A DNA stretch of 63,640 bases from Setoptus koraiensis (Eukaryota; Animalia; Arthropoda): positions 20,584,361-20,648,000 of the forward strand of contig CM106585.1 of the NCBI GenBank assembly GCA_048013815.1, given 5' to 3'. Every line of letters starts with the position of its first letter. Positions within the stretch are counted from its first letter, which is position 1. A program made the position numbers and the translations under genes. This document shows, one piece after another, positions 23,732-37,600 of the stretch. Under the pieces are notes generated by a model, which worked only from the letters and a program-made list of their open reading frames with translations, made no database searches and was not told the origin of the DNA.

Positions 23732-26250
23732 GAAGTTACTTCTGTAATCGACAAGTCCGAGTCTTCAGATAAGAATCCGCTTGAGCGGAAAACTGATTGC
23801 AAACTACGTAAAAACAAAATAATCCATTATCATTTTGTGTTAGTGCACCGTGTATCGACTGATCACCACGTGATCACAAGGTGATTAGTCTTGCTACATG
23901 CGCTAACAGCGTGGTTGCTACAGCGCTCTCGGCAAGCGAACAGAATCGAACACAAAGGAGAGTAAAGAAAAAACAATTTTGATTGTTCGCCCAATCGGGC
24001 GCAAACAATTGCATTGATTTGTCACAATTTGTCTTCGATGCGACATCCTCTGAAAAGTTGTTGCCCGCCCCGATAATTACACATTTACAAGAGGCTCACT
24101 CAAGCCGATGCTGCAACAGCAACATCCGCTCAAACGCTGTCCTGTTTGTTGCGTCATCACATTGGGGCCGCGTGGATCATATGGCCACTTGGTGTGCTAT
24201 TGCACGTACAGTACAAAGTGCATTTCAAAATGACACTTGCGTGACTAAAGTGCCCGTTGCACCTGTAAGCACCGTTGACTGTTGGCAGAATGTTTTTTGC
24301 TCACAACTTGTGAATCACAAGTGAATTGGCTCGAATCATACGCGTATCATACGAGTGGGCGTGTGACAGATTCGGATAAGCTCACTGCCGGCACCGCTCG
24401 GCCCCCTGCTGGCCGCCGTGTTGCGCCAGCACGGACACTGGCCACTCACCTGGGCGGCGCTGTCACTGGCCGACGCGAAGCCATTCGAGACGCGAATCGT
24501 GCAATTCGCCTGCAAACGTGCAACTCTTCGAGGCTTCGAGGTTCGAGAAGTGACAAGCGGCCAAAAAGCAGTCTATCATTGCGACCAATGGCACTTTGTG
24601 GGGTGCAGGCCGCTGTTTGAAAGGGAATAAATGCTGTGCTGTAACTCACTCGCCAACGGTGTTGACAGCACGAATGAACAAGTCGCCAATCGCTGTCACA
24701 GTGGCGTTACAAGTGGCCAGAAACACATATCAGTGATGTGATATCACTGTGCCGGTTACATGATTTTGGCCCCAACTGACAACTTAACTCTGGCTGCGTC
24801 ACCGTGTCCATGACAGTGCTTGCAACAACAACAACGACAACAACGACAACAACAACTTTTCAATTTTGGCCCCTCACTGTGAGAGTGTCACATCTAAACA
24901 GCGGCTAAACGGCGCCCATTGATGTGCGATACTTGTGCGAAATAAAAATAAAGTTTCGTAGTGTTAGTCTGAGCGAGCTGAATGCACTTTTATGCAAGTG
25001 ACTCGTTTCTACCGAGGCCAGCATTGTTATTGGTAGACGGCCACGAATGATGCGCCAACGATCGCCAGTTGGCCAAGACATTGTTTGTTTGTCTTGTTTG
25101 TTCACTTATAGGTAATAACCTGTTATTAGCCGCAAATAAAATAAAGAGACGATGCTCGATCAAGAGCAAATATGAAACAACAACATGCCACTCCCATGAT
25201 GCGAGTGCTGCTCGTGACGCGCCAAATCTCTAAAATTGTGCATCTCGAATGCCGTTGTGTGAAATATCCAGACTTACAAGTTGTTAGTAACTGATTTACT
25301 ATGTATGCCGGTAGCACTAACTAACATCACAACATATCTCAATGCATCGTGTCAACTTATGCAAAATAAGTTAGTTGCTGCTGAAAATTCAATTTTACAC
25401 TCGGCAGAATATCTCTATGCTTGCACGTGTTATTTGCATGTCTGAGCTGTTTGTCGCCACTCTTACGCTGCTGATCGTGTTTGGTGGCTCAAGTTGTGCA
25501 ATAACTTATCATAATGATCATTGTATATCAGTGATACAGTGTAAGTGAGGCCCACAGGTAACGCTGGCAACAAGATCGCGACGGATTGTTGTCATTACGG
25601 ACCGCATATTGTTTATATGCGAAGGGGAGACACAAGTGACTCACAAGTCGCGAGTCGCTAGGTGCATTGTGAATTGCAAACAGCACGTTGAGCCCGCGTA
25701 GGGACAAGCTGCCAGTTGGGCACACAAGTTAAAAGAGCTGCCACAATGATGTAATAACTTTTGATAACGTTGACTTTTGATTGAGGCACAAACAGACACA
25801 GTGTAGTTACACATGCAGTGACTGGCTGCCAGTGTGAGACACAATTTGCGATTTGCGACAATTTTATCCGGCCCAAATAAAATTAGCCCGGCGGCCAGCA
25901 ACGGCTCACACTGTGCAATGTCTGGTGATTGCGCCAACTGGCTCATTTTCCGTTCACATTTGCCGTTTACGTTTGCCAGCCAGCCCGTCAGCCAGTCAGT
26001 TAGCCAGCCAGTCAGTCAGCCAGCCAGTCAGTCAGCCAAGAGGCGACTGGCGCATAAGCGACTAATGGCGCCCACCGCTAATGGTGGCCCAAGATGCAAG
26101 ATATATCCGCCGATGGTGAGAGATATCCTGTTGCCAGTGTGCATTGTGAGCGGCCAGTTGGAAATTGGTGCCAATTTGTGCCAGTTGGTGTCAAGTCGGC
26201 CTCGTGATGGCTGCTTGTGGCGCAGATAAATAGAGAGATAGTGAGTTAGT

Positions 26251-26252
<2 letters not shown>

Positions 26253-26284
<32 letters not shown>
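26253..26284. repeat. (GT)16 microsatellite
   Basis: Read directly from the sequence. Confidence 0.95.
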
Positions 26285-26286
<2 letters not shown>

Positions 26287-29132
26287 CGCCACTGGTGGTG
26301 CTGCCAGGAAATGAAAGGCAACCACGCGTTCGCTCGTGCCAGCTCCTCACACTCTGACAGACGCGCCCGAAAAAAAGGGGCTTTACCTTGTGAGTTATGT
26401 AACACACACTTTGAGCCATATAACACACAGCGAGTGTAGACACAAATGGGCGCCCACGGACCACAATGGCTCAGGTGCTTGGGTGCACAGGCAGCTGCAC
26501 CTAGGCACCCAGGCACCCAGGCACCTAGGCACCTAGGCACGGTGCAGGCTAGGTAGGCAGGTGGGTATTGGTGCTGGGAGACAGGTGAAGCGAGCCAAGT
26601 GAAGTTGTCATTGTGGCATGTCTCACAAGCCAACGTGGGCCAATGTTTGGCTGTTGAGCTGGGTGCTGGCATCAAATAAACAGACTTGCACCATCTATTA
26701 TCTGTTGGCTGCATCTGTTGTGGCTCGGCTCGACAACACGTGTATGTGTACGTGTGTGTACGTGTGGCAACAACAACAACAACACCGACAACATTCAAAC
26801 AACAATGACAATGGTGTATATAAATGGTCGTTTATATGTGCAGCAAGCAGCACATAAAAAGCCATGATTGTATAATGGGCCCACTGGCAAGTTGTTGTCG
26901 GTGTGGCGCTGGCCGGCGAGCTAGCGCCAGCGAGCAACAACGCCAAACAACACGCTATAAGTCGGTGTGTCTGGTCGTTTGCCTGGCCACGACACAAGCT
27001 CGTGGCACAGAACTAAACGAACGAGAAGAAGCAACGAGAAAAAACGGCCAAGAAGAGATTTATGATCACACACGCAGATATCAGTTGTGCCGAGCAGCCA
27101 GCCGCAAACGGCCCACACAACACCGACACCGACACCGACAGCACCGACAGCAACACCGACAACAACACGCAGTTTGGCCAGCGAGCAGACATTGTTCACA
27201 TGGCAAGACAGGTGTATTTCGGTGTGTTCATTTTTTCTCTCGCTCTCTCTGGCTCGCTCTCTCGGGCTGGCTGTTTGGCTGCAATTTCACTCGCTACTAG
27301 TATCTCGCTGGCATCGCTGGACGCTGCTCACTGCGCCAGCGGCTCAGGTGAGTTCGGTCAGCGGGCGAGGCGCCGTTTGGGCCGGCCAGTTGCGACTGGC
27401 CGAAAACAGCGACAGCCAACAAACATCCATTTGTGCGTGTGTGTGTGTTGGGCCAAGTGGGGCGAGCGGGCCGGTTTCGTTTACCTGTGCTGCGACACTG
27501 TCGTAGTTGTTGCTGTCGTTGTTGTTGGCGTTGTTGTCGCTGGCATTAAGCCCTGATCCGGCCGGGCTGGCTCGCCGGTGCAGGCTCAACTTGCTTCATT
27601 GTTGGCTGCGCGCCGGGGCCCTCGCAGTCGCCGTTGGTCGCCGTCGCCGTTGGCCGCTGGTGGTCGCTGGCAGTCGCTAATGCTGTCGTCGTGCAACAAC
27701 AAAAATAGCTGCAACCAAAAATAACAGCCTGACAGCGGCTTTATCTGGCGCGCCAAGATCATTACGCGCGACTTTGGCGAGCGCGACTTTGGCGAGCGCG
27801 ACTCTGGCCAGCGGGCCGCTACATTTACACACAAACCAATGTTAGCGGACACAAACACAAGTGACACCGATGATAAAACATAACAAGACAAGCAAAATCT
27901 AGCTCAAGTGACCCACTGGCCAGCCCGGCGTGTGTGCGGGCCGAGCTAATGCCCGTTGCCATTAGCCGCTGTTACGTAATAATACGTATTATTACGTTGC
28001 GATCACGGTGCGCGCTGCTTTGTCCTCTGCGGGCCCCACAATCTGACCGCTCGCCATGCGACCACTGGCAATGCGACCGCTCGCCATGTGACCACAGTCG
28101 CTTTGCGTCTATTGGCTATCTGGCCAAACTGGCCGAGCTGGCCAAATTGGACAGTGGACAGCGGCCAGTGGCGAGCGCGCCAAGACGCCGGCGAGCCCAA
28201 AAAGAAGATGCAATGGAAATATGCAAATGTTTGTGCGTATGCAACCTTGACTGACACTCAACCAGTGAATTGGGGCCCCACGAGCCAGTCGAAGTGACAA
28301 TTTGTGAGTCAATTGTGAGTCGATGGCGTCATTGCGAGCGGCGCAAACAACAATCACGAGATGCCGGCCAGCCAGCGATGCGGCCAGCGACGAGATTGGC
28401 CCTGTTATTGCAGCATCAGCGGATATTAACAACAAATCATTAGTTTGCTACAAAATGACTGGTTGTGAATAAAAACGATCGATCATTTTGTGCGAGACAT
28501 TCGCAGCTAACAAATTGCACTTGTCGTGTTATGTGTTTATCCTGGCCGCTGCCATCAAGTCCCTCAGACAGGTGCATTGTTTTGTGCACCATTGTACCAC
28601 TACTACCTGAGATGCGCCATTTATACGGTGGTGCAATATGCCGCAGTATGCTGGCCAGCAAACTGACAGGGCATGGACGGTGCATGGACGGTTCGTGGAC
28701 GGTGCATGCAGTATGGTCAGCAGAGTAGATTCTAGTCACCGGAATATTGCATAACATTACACATAATTAGGCGGCTGCAGCGGCTCGCATGACTTCTAAT
28801 GAGCCGCCTCTGTGCCCGATTTCTAATGATGCTTGCATCGGGTCAACCGACAACAGCAACAGCAACAACAACAATATTTGTCTCACAATTATCTGCTCGC
28901 CAGAGTTGCTCTTGTTTTTGTGTGTGTGTGTGTGTGTGTGCGCTGTTTTTGCGTAAGTGGTCAGCTCAAATTCAGCCATTACGTATATTTGCGATCGTTT
29001 GTATGGGCCACACAACTTATTACAACCCGACACAAGCCCGTTATTACTCTGCATGCTCTGTATGGTCGCATGTTGCTGTTGCTGTTGTGCAAACTCTAGT
29101 TGATTTGGTCACTTTTTTACATTACAACCAAC

Positions 29133-29587
29133 ATTACGTAACACACAACTTTGCGCAACACAACCTTACGCAACACACAACGTACTCCATCGAAAAGTTT
29201 GTAAAGATTATTACGTAATCCCCGCTTGTCCCCACATATACAACACACTAAAACATTATGTAATAATGGCTGGCCATGTGTGGCTATTACGTCACACTTG
29301 TCTAATCATATGACGCATAATATATATATTTATATATCTTGTCCACTTTTATGCCGCTCTCATCTCACTCTGATCTGTATGAGAGAGTCTCTCGTGCTGT
29401 CATGCCCGCACTCGCAAACAGTCTGACTGTTACAGTCACTTGGTCAGTTTTGCACTTTAAAGGCTAGATGTCGCTGCTGTGCGCTGTGCCATCCATTATG
29501 TAATCCGATGCAAGCTCCCGATTGAGCCTCGCCAGCATCGACAGAAATGCAGTGCGCACATAATGATCGCCCCTATTATTGCGTAAT
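29133..29587. promoter_or_regulatory. Homotypic cluster of PAR-bZIP/D-box and C/EBP-type motifs, candidate enhancer
   Basis: RTTAYGTAAY at 29133, 29210, 29255 and 29495. Variants TTGCGCAA 29151, TTACGCAA 29166, TTACGTCA 29287 and ATTGCGTAAT 29578. Confidence 0.5.
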
Positions 29588-32500
29588 GCAAGCAACAACA
29601 TTACCTATGTATTGTCTGTGTGTTGCGTTACATCTGGCACATTGCGTCACCCATTAGAGACTCGTTATGTTGTGTGGTTGCCACCGGACCGGAAGTGAGC
29701 GAGGCTCCCATAATGAAGCCTTTCTCACTTGTCGGACAGTTTAAAATTCGTTCTGCGGCTAGCTTGCCACCGCCAGACAGGATATTGGATTGTGTGTGTG
29801 TGTCGCTTGGGTGTCGGTTGTTGGTGTCGGTTGTCGGTTGTTGATGTCGGTTGTTGGTTGCGGTTGGCGCTGGCGTCGCAGTTGTGCCAGTTGCGGCGCT
29901 CGTCCGACAGGGCGCGCATTGTGCATCGCGCCATCATTTTTATTTGCACGCCAACTAAACTGCTCACTGCTCCGTGGTGACGTAACCCAAAAAACGCTGG
30001 CGCCCCAAATGGGGCGCCACAACCGGCGCTGGCGATAGCGCAAACACCGAGTGGCCATTGTTTGCCGATGACAACTGAAAAAAGTGGACTTGATTAAAAT
30101 TGTGTGTGTCGTTTGTTTGTGCATTCGGCCAGCAACAACGACAACGACTACGGCGGCGACGACGACGACGACGACGACAACGACAAAAACAATCAGCTGG
30201 CGCATTAATTGAAGCCGGCCAGCGAACAACTATTAATAGTTAATCGTTGACACACACACACACACACACAATTGAATTGAATCGTGCACGAGCAAACTGG
30301 CGCACGAGCCGGTTGCGCAACCAAACCGATCGACGTCGGCTGGCGGGTCGACACAAACGCTCACATAATCGACAAAACAAATCGCACGGCTCGCCACTGA
30401 TGACGCAACATAGCCCGGCCATGATAGCCGGCAAAAAAGAATGATTATGCATGCAAATTATGCCGGCGGACATTAGTGAGTCGGCGAGTGAGTCGGCGAG
30501 TGAGTCGGCGAGTGAGTCGGGCGCGAGTGAGACCGCGCCAGCGAGAGCCCGGTGGCGCTGCAAGCGGCAGCGCAATAATCTGCGGGCCCGGATTATTTAT
30601 TTTTCTCTAAAATGGCGCCTCCATTGAGTGGAATTAAGCGCGCTCCAATGATTTTGCACACAATTAATAGGCCGCCATGGGCCCGTTATCTCGGCGGCTT
30701 GTTTGCCGTTCACTTTGCGCCAGCTTGTGTGTGTGCCCGACGACGATTATGAGACCATCGGCCGACCAAAGAGAGGCCAGGCCCGGCCCGGCTGGCTGGC
30801 TGTCGGAAAGGGGGCCCAATGCGAGACGCTGGTTGTCATGGCGGCGCCCGTCACCGTCGCCAGCGAGACGGCTCCCGCTGGCGCAATTGCGAGCGAGAGA
30901 GACGCTGCGTATGGTAATGCCACTGCTCACGGGACGCCGGCCCGATGCGATGTTTGCCAGCCCGAGCGCGGGCCGGATAATGTGAAAATTTGAAAATAAA
31001 TTTGCAAACAAACAAACGCTAAATGTTGTTGTCTTGTCTCGTGGCAACGTTGCCAGTCCGCAAGCTCGAGTCGTAGGTGTGCGAAGGGGCCCGCGATTTG
31101 CACGGCCGACGCGAGCAATAATTTGTGGGCTCGCGCAAATTTGTGTTGGTTGCCGTTGGAATTTGTTGGGCGCTGCCACAAACTGTTCGAAAGTGTTTGG
31201 CTCGCTGGGGCCCAAACATTTGAATATTTGATTGAATTACTGTGCCGATGGCGCGCGAATGCAAATGGTGGCGCAAATTGGAGCGGCATTGGCAGGCAAA
31301 CATTCTAGCATTCGTTGGAATATCGGCGCTGGTTTGTTTGCTCGTTCGCTGTGCCACTTTCTCATTTTCCCCATTTGCCATTCTCGAGACGTTGGCGCCG
31401 CCGCTTGCAACGGCCAGCGAGTCGGTCTAGTTTTTTGCACGTTGCAGTGGCCGGCAACGGGGCCCCAGTTGGCCCCAGTTGCGCCAAGTTGCGCCAAGTT
31501 GCGCCAAGTTGCGCCAAGTTGCCCAAAGTTGCCCAGAAAGCCCGAAGTAGCCCGAAGTAGCCAGACCGACTGGCCAACCGACGGTTTGTTTGTGTGGGTG
31601 GCACGAATGGGACGCGTCCGATGCGCAAATAGACCGCGCTGCGACATGTGCGACAGCCATATAGCCACACGACGCGCGGCACGTCATGTGGCCGGTGTCG
31701 TGCACGGCGGCAGGTTACGCGGAAATGGGTCGCCAAGTAACTGGTAGCACAGTTGGCCGGCCCGCCGAGCCGCGCGGATCGGGCGCGGATCGGGCGGCCA
31801 GATCGTTGCGGGCGACAAGAGCGGCGAAACAAAGCGTGTTAAACATCATTACAATAATAATCAGTCACTTTGCATTTGCGGAGACTGGCGCCGTCTGGCG
31901 TGCCCGGTGTTGCGCGTTGCCGTTGTCGTGGCTGTTGTCGCTGTCGTCGTTGTGGTTGTTGTTGTTGTCGCTGTTGTTGTTGTTGTTGTTGTTGTTTTTG
32001 TGCACTGTTGTTGTTGTTCGCCGTTGCTGTCCGCGGGCGAGAGTTGCAACAACAGCAACAACAGCGACCGCGACGACGGCAACAACAACGGGACCACCAT
32101 GACGGCCAGCGTCTTGCTCATCCGACGCCGGCCAGTCGACGGATCCTCCGGGGGCCAGCGCCGAACAACTGATAACACGATAATGATTGCGCTGCGCTCA
32201 ATCATTTGCAGTTGCGCAACTTGCGAGGCGCATCGTTGCGAGCTGCCGGTCGCTTGCGTCATTGCGGGTTGCGTCATTGCGTCATTGCGAGTTGCGCCGA
32301 GCGGCAACAAGAGGCAACAGCGAGCGGCCGAGAGCAAGCGGCCAAGCGAGCCAGCGAGCCAGCGACAGCCAACAAAAACAACGGATAAAACATGGCCGCT
32401 CGACTCGGCTGAGCGCATCGGGCCGAGCCCGACGGCTCACTTATTGCAAGCAGCTCGCTGTGTGTTTGCATCGCCCTTTGCATCGCTGCCTCACCGCGCC

Positions 32501-33924
32501 GGCCGTATATAGTATCATATAGGACACTAATGGAGCTTGGCCATACACACAAATAGTTAAATAAATTGCTCGAAACAGTTGCCGGCCCGTTCGATTGCGT
32601 TCGGTTCGGTTCGGCTCGGTTCGGCTCGGCTCGATTCGATCCGGTTCCATTCCGTTTGCTGCCGAATCGCAAGTTGCAATCGTTCGAACGCATTCGCCTT
32701 CGCGGGCCGATTCGCGCGGCGCATGCGAGCGCGCCAATGCCAATTCCGACTCGCCCGCCGATCTCGAACTCGCCCGTCGAACTCGAACTCGGAGCCGCCC
32801 GTCGAACGAGCCCAACGAGCTCGTCCGATTGCGGCCATGCGAGCGAGCGCAATCCAAACAGAACCAAAGTGTGCGCGGATCCGATGAGCCCGAGACGGTC
32901 GCTCGATCATGACGGGCCGGACGGGGCTCGGCGCAACACGATAACAGCGCCATGAGCGGCGCACTTGTTCGCGTCGCTTGCAATTGTTCTAATAAGTTGC
33001 AGATTTATTTTCGGCGCTCGGCATGCGTCTTAATTGCGGCGCTTCGGCGCTGCACATTTGCTGGCCGCATCGGCACGCTGCCACAACGGACGACACAAAA
33101 CAACACCAGACGACAGCAACAACAACAACAACGACAGCAACGTGTAGCTCGTCGTGTGTGCCACATGATGCATAACGGTGTGTCGTTGTTGCTGTCGTCT
33201 GGTGTTGTTGTTGTTATTGTGCATGTTTGGTGCGGATGTGCCAGAAAGGGACGGCTCAACATTGTTGAGCGCAGCAACAAAAATTGCAAACTTTGCAATT
33301 GTGCGCAGTTGGTTGCAACTCGACCGGAAGTGGCGCCGAAGCGCATCGTTTGTGTCCATTCGGCACACATTGGCGTCGTGATTGCGCAAACAAACAAATA
33401 ATAATAAATAAATGAAGCCGCTGTTTTGTTCTGCCCGCGACTCTCTGCCGTCGTCGAGGCTGCAATCATCGAGCCTGCGATCGTCGACAGCTGACAGTGG
33501 CCAGTGGCAACAGTTGGCCGTCGGCTCCAATGTCAGCCATCATCGAGCGTGTTTCGTCGAGCATGTTTCATCGACAGGTTCCGCAACGACGACACACAAG
33601 TGCAACTGCGGCCGCTATGTCCGCTGGCGCGACTTGACGCGCGCTCTGCCGGCCAGGTGAGAGACTCGCGACAGTGACACTCAAAGTGGCACTGACATTG
33701 ACAGTGTCGCCTATGCCATATTGACGGCGGCAACACAATGGACGCAGCCAACAGTGATAATATGCGCATAATGGGCGCATAGTTCAATTGTTCACACACT
33801 GTTGCTTGCCGTTGTTGTTGCCGGTTGTCGCTGTTGCCTTCTGTTGCTGCAAGCTACTCGCAAGTCGCGGCCGAGTCGAGCGAAAGGAACGGCCCAGTTC
33901 TTCGCGAGAGCCGCTCCGAGCGGC

Positions 33925-34000
33925 AGCTTTCGAAGCTTTCGAAGCTCCCGAAGCGTTCGAAGCGCTCGAAGCGTTCCGAGCGCTCGGAGCGTTCGGAGCG
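33925..34000. repeat. Degenerate 9-bp tandem array (AGC(T/G)TTCGA-like), ~8.5 units
   Basis: agctttcga agctttcga agctcccga agcgttcga agcgctcga agcgttccg agcgctcgg agcgttcgg. Confidence 0.85.
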
Positions 34001-34491
34001 CGTCCCGGCTTAGAAATTGCAAGCCTCGAAACTGGCAGAGGAATGTTACTCTTGTGTGTGTGAGCTCGCAAATTGATTTGGGCTGCTGCTCGAATTGCAC
34101 GCCGCCTGTGCCGGTCAGTCATTTTCATTCATTCACCTTTGTTGTTGCTCGCTCGCAGTGTCCATGCCGGCCAAATGACCCAAAACAAGAGCGAGCGCTT
34201 ACTGGTCGGCGGCCAAAAACAAGGTGAGGCGACACACAAGCTCATGTCCGTGTCGCCAATCTGCCAATCTGCCGCCGCGGCCCTGTCTGGCCTGCGACGG
34301 GCGGCGGGCGGCGGGTGACGGGCTTCGGGCGAGAGCGAGAGCGGCCCGACGCTGCAAAGTGGCTCGCACAGGGCAAGCCGATTGCCGTCATTCACGAGTC
34401 ATGAGCGATCGTCTGATTTGTGTGGATTGTTGCGGGTTGCATTGATGCCAATCAGCAAAAATCCACACAAAATCAGACACAAGCGCCGCTC

Positions 34492-34617
34492 GCACAGGAC
34501 GCACGGGATGCTCGGGACGCACGGGACGCGCGGGATACTCGAGATACACGGGATGCTCGGGATGCGCGAAATACGCGAAAGACGCGAGATGCGCCGAGTG
34601 CGCGAGATCCGCGAGAT
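34492..34617. repeat. Degenerate 9-bp tandem array (GCNCGRGAY-like), 14 units
   Basis: gcacgggat gctcgggac gcacgggac gcgcgggat actcgagat ... ccgcgagat. Confidence 0.85.
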
Positions 34618-37600
34618 CGTGTAAAAATGTGGCCGGCTCGTCGGTCAAGTGTGTGTGTGTGTGTGTGTGTTGGCAAGTCCGGCAGGTCCGGATATGAGAG
34701 TTGTTAACACACGGGCTCGTGCGCTTGTACAATGCGGCACAAGGTCGTGATTGCGGCGACGCGCGGCGCGGATGATAGATCGAAATCACGACCGCTCACC
34801 TCATCAAGCCACCTCATGCCGCCGCCCGGTACAAGTGGGCCCGACCGCGTCGGCCGAAGCGCCGTCAGCCGCGCCAGCTCCGTCAGCTGTCGAGGCCGGA
34901 ACGTCCGCAGTTCGAAGTCCTAACTTCGAAGTTCGGACTTCGGAGTTGGGCGTCAGTGCTGAACTTTGCCGTTCGGTCAGAGTGGCGCAACGAGCAGAGG
35001 GAAAAGGGCGAGCCGGAGCACAGTGGAGAGTGGGCGCGCGAGGCGCGAAAGATTCAATTAGCCGACGGAGCTGCCCGATTCAGGCGGCCAAGCATGTCGT
35101 AATGGTGGTGACGTAATGGGCCTAGTTTGCTCAGTTTGCCCGGCGCGCTCAGTCTGCTCGGTGTGCGCCAGTTCGGACACAGTGGCCACCGCGTCAGCGG
35201 TGGACAGCGACGGACGGCACTTGTACGGAACTAATTCCATTGTTTGGCCGTGGCGTATTTTGAGCCGTGTCGGGTTCAAGTTCATCGCCACCAGTTGCCT
35301 GACAACGTCGGCCGCTGTTGAGCGCAACAACAACAACCGGCGGCAGCAACAACAACAGCAGCCAACCAGCAGCAACAACAACAACAACAGCGCCGATGAC
35401 GATGACGAAACGCCAAATGAGGCCATTGTTTTTGCTCGGCCTGCTCGGCAAGCGCACACAAGCGGCCAGTTTGCAGCGGCGAGCGACAGACCGTGACCAG
35501 ACCGGTCATCCCGTCACACAATTTCGGTGAGCGCCGCCGCGGCCAATCAGCGGACGACGGGCGCACGGGCGCACTGACGGTCGGTCGGCCGGCCCGGTCT
35601 GGTCTGTTCTGTTTTGGTCTGGTCTGGTCCTGTTTGGCCAAGCAACAAATGATTGTATAATACATATTGTGTAATGAGACTTGTTGTCGGTGCGCAACTA
35701 TCGCTCGGCCCATTGTCTCGCCGGCCGGCGCGATTATTATTGGCTCGCTCATGTCGCTTTGATTGGCCATAATATAATTATTGCGCGCTGCTGTGCATGT
35801 TGCCCGCTTGGCACTGTTGCGACAAGACGAGTGGGCGACGCTCACCTGCAGCTGACCACAGCGAGCTGCCAAGTGCAACGAGACGGGCAACAGTGACAGT
35901 CCGGCGAGTCGACGGCGACAGTCCTGTGACGGCCGGTGACAACTGTTACGTCGCAAGTTTTATGCTGCAAGTTATATGCTATAGGTTACATAATATGAGC
36001 TGTAGTTGGTAACAAGCGGCGCCCCGAGTCGAGAGTGTGACAGATGCACCCATATAATAACACAATGATCAGGCCAGGTAATATCAGGCCGACATAATAC
36101 ACTGCGCGCCACAATAGCGCACACATGACAGCAAACAGTGCACAAGACATGCAATTTGTGCAACACAATGTAATAATGTGTGCACTGCACAATGAGTGGC
36201 TAGCCAACAACAGCTGACAAGTGATAAGCGTCGAGCGCTAATAATATATCATCGTCAACACTAATCAGGTGGGCGGCAAGACAGTGAAGCGCGCACGCAA
36301 GTGACACTCACAGCCGGCCGACAGTCACTGACAAGCTGTCAGTGACAAGCTGACCAGTGGCCAGTGGCACAAACAGCGCGGCACAGGCAGGCTCGCTGTG
36401 CAGGCGAGCAGGGCGAGCGGAGACTCTCGGCTCGAGACACTCGACTCCCGGAGGAGCGCCGTTAAATGGGCTGACCGAGCACAACAAGTCGTGCGCTCGG
36501 CGCGGCCAATTGCGCTGACCGCAACAGGCCGCGGCCTTGCGTCAGCGGCCATCGCGTCAGCGGCCATCGCGTCAGCGGCCATCGCGTCGGCATCGCTCGG
36601 CGTATTCATTGGGCTCGCTCATTGGCTGGCGCGAATGCGGGCGTGAGTGCGAAAATGAGTCTGCAGTGGACAGTGTGTGCTCAGGTGAGTGAGCTGCGGC
36701 CGATTTCGCGATGACTGGCAGCCCAAAATCGGCGCAATCGGTCAGCAGCGAGCCGATCGAGCCGTCGGACGCTCGGACGCTCGGACGGTGGCTCGAATGG
36801 CGGTCGCTGCGGCGATGCCTCCGCCGTCCGATGGCCGCGGTGAGACGCATAAGTGAATAAGTAGCGAGCAAGAGAGCGAGAGATAGCAACAACAAATCAT
36901 CATGTCTGATTGGTTGCGTCAGTCAAGTGGCCGTGTGTGTTTGTGTGCGCCGTGAAGCCAACAGCGCTGACCTGAGTGTGTTGTGGCAAGGCAAACATTG
37001 AGTGGCCAGCTAAAACTGGCCGAAGCATCGGCAGTGTTCGATTAGCCGAGTGCGAGTGTGCAGTTCGATTACCTGTGTGCGTTGCATAATTGCCTGCTGT
37101 TGTTGCTGTTGCCGGCCATTAATGATGATGACTCGGGCCTGCAACTAATCACCTGTGCGTGTATTTGCATTGGCCGGCCATTGGGCCGGCTCGCTGTCAG
37201 TGCAGCCAACGCGGCTCGTGAAGCCAGCGCGGCCAGCGCGGCCAGCGAGCGAGCCGAGGCCGGTTGGCATTGTGTTGGGCTGCACACACAATCAATGGAA
37301 ACACACGTGCTAATGATGACAAGCGCGCCTGTAATGGCGCAACAACTTTGCCGGCAACAGCCAGCGAGCCACGGCCAGCCACAACAGTCACTGTTGAACA
37401 GTGCGCGGCGCTGTTACGCAACTCGACAGCGGCCAGCGACGCTGACCGCTGACAGGCCGCTTGGGTGCGATCGGCGAGGCCGTGATTTAGTTGCGCCGTC
37501 GACTGTGCGCGGGCTTGTGGGCCCAATCAGCGGCCAACAGTCGGCGCAACTGAATCACACGCCGATATGTCGGACCATCACACCATTGGTTACATCATGT

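Noticed and set aside
28513-28525. 13-nt match to miR-92 (AATTGCACTTGTC)
   Set aside because: The 3' half diverges and the upstream sequence gives no convincing complementary arm.
32590-32660. tRNA-like GTTCGA motifs
   Set aside because: Part of a pentamer (TTCGG/CTCGG) repeat; no A-box spacing or cloverleaf.
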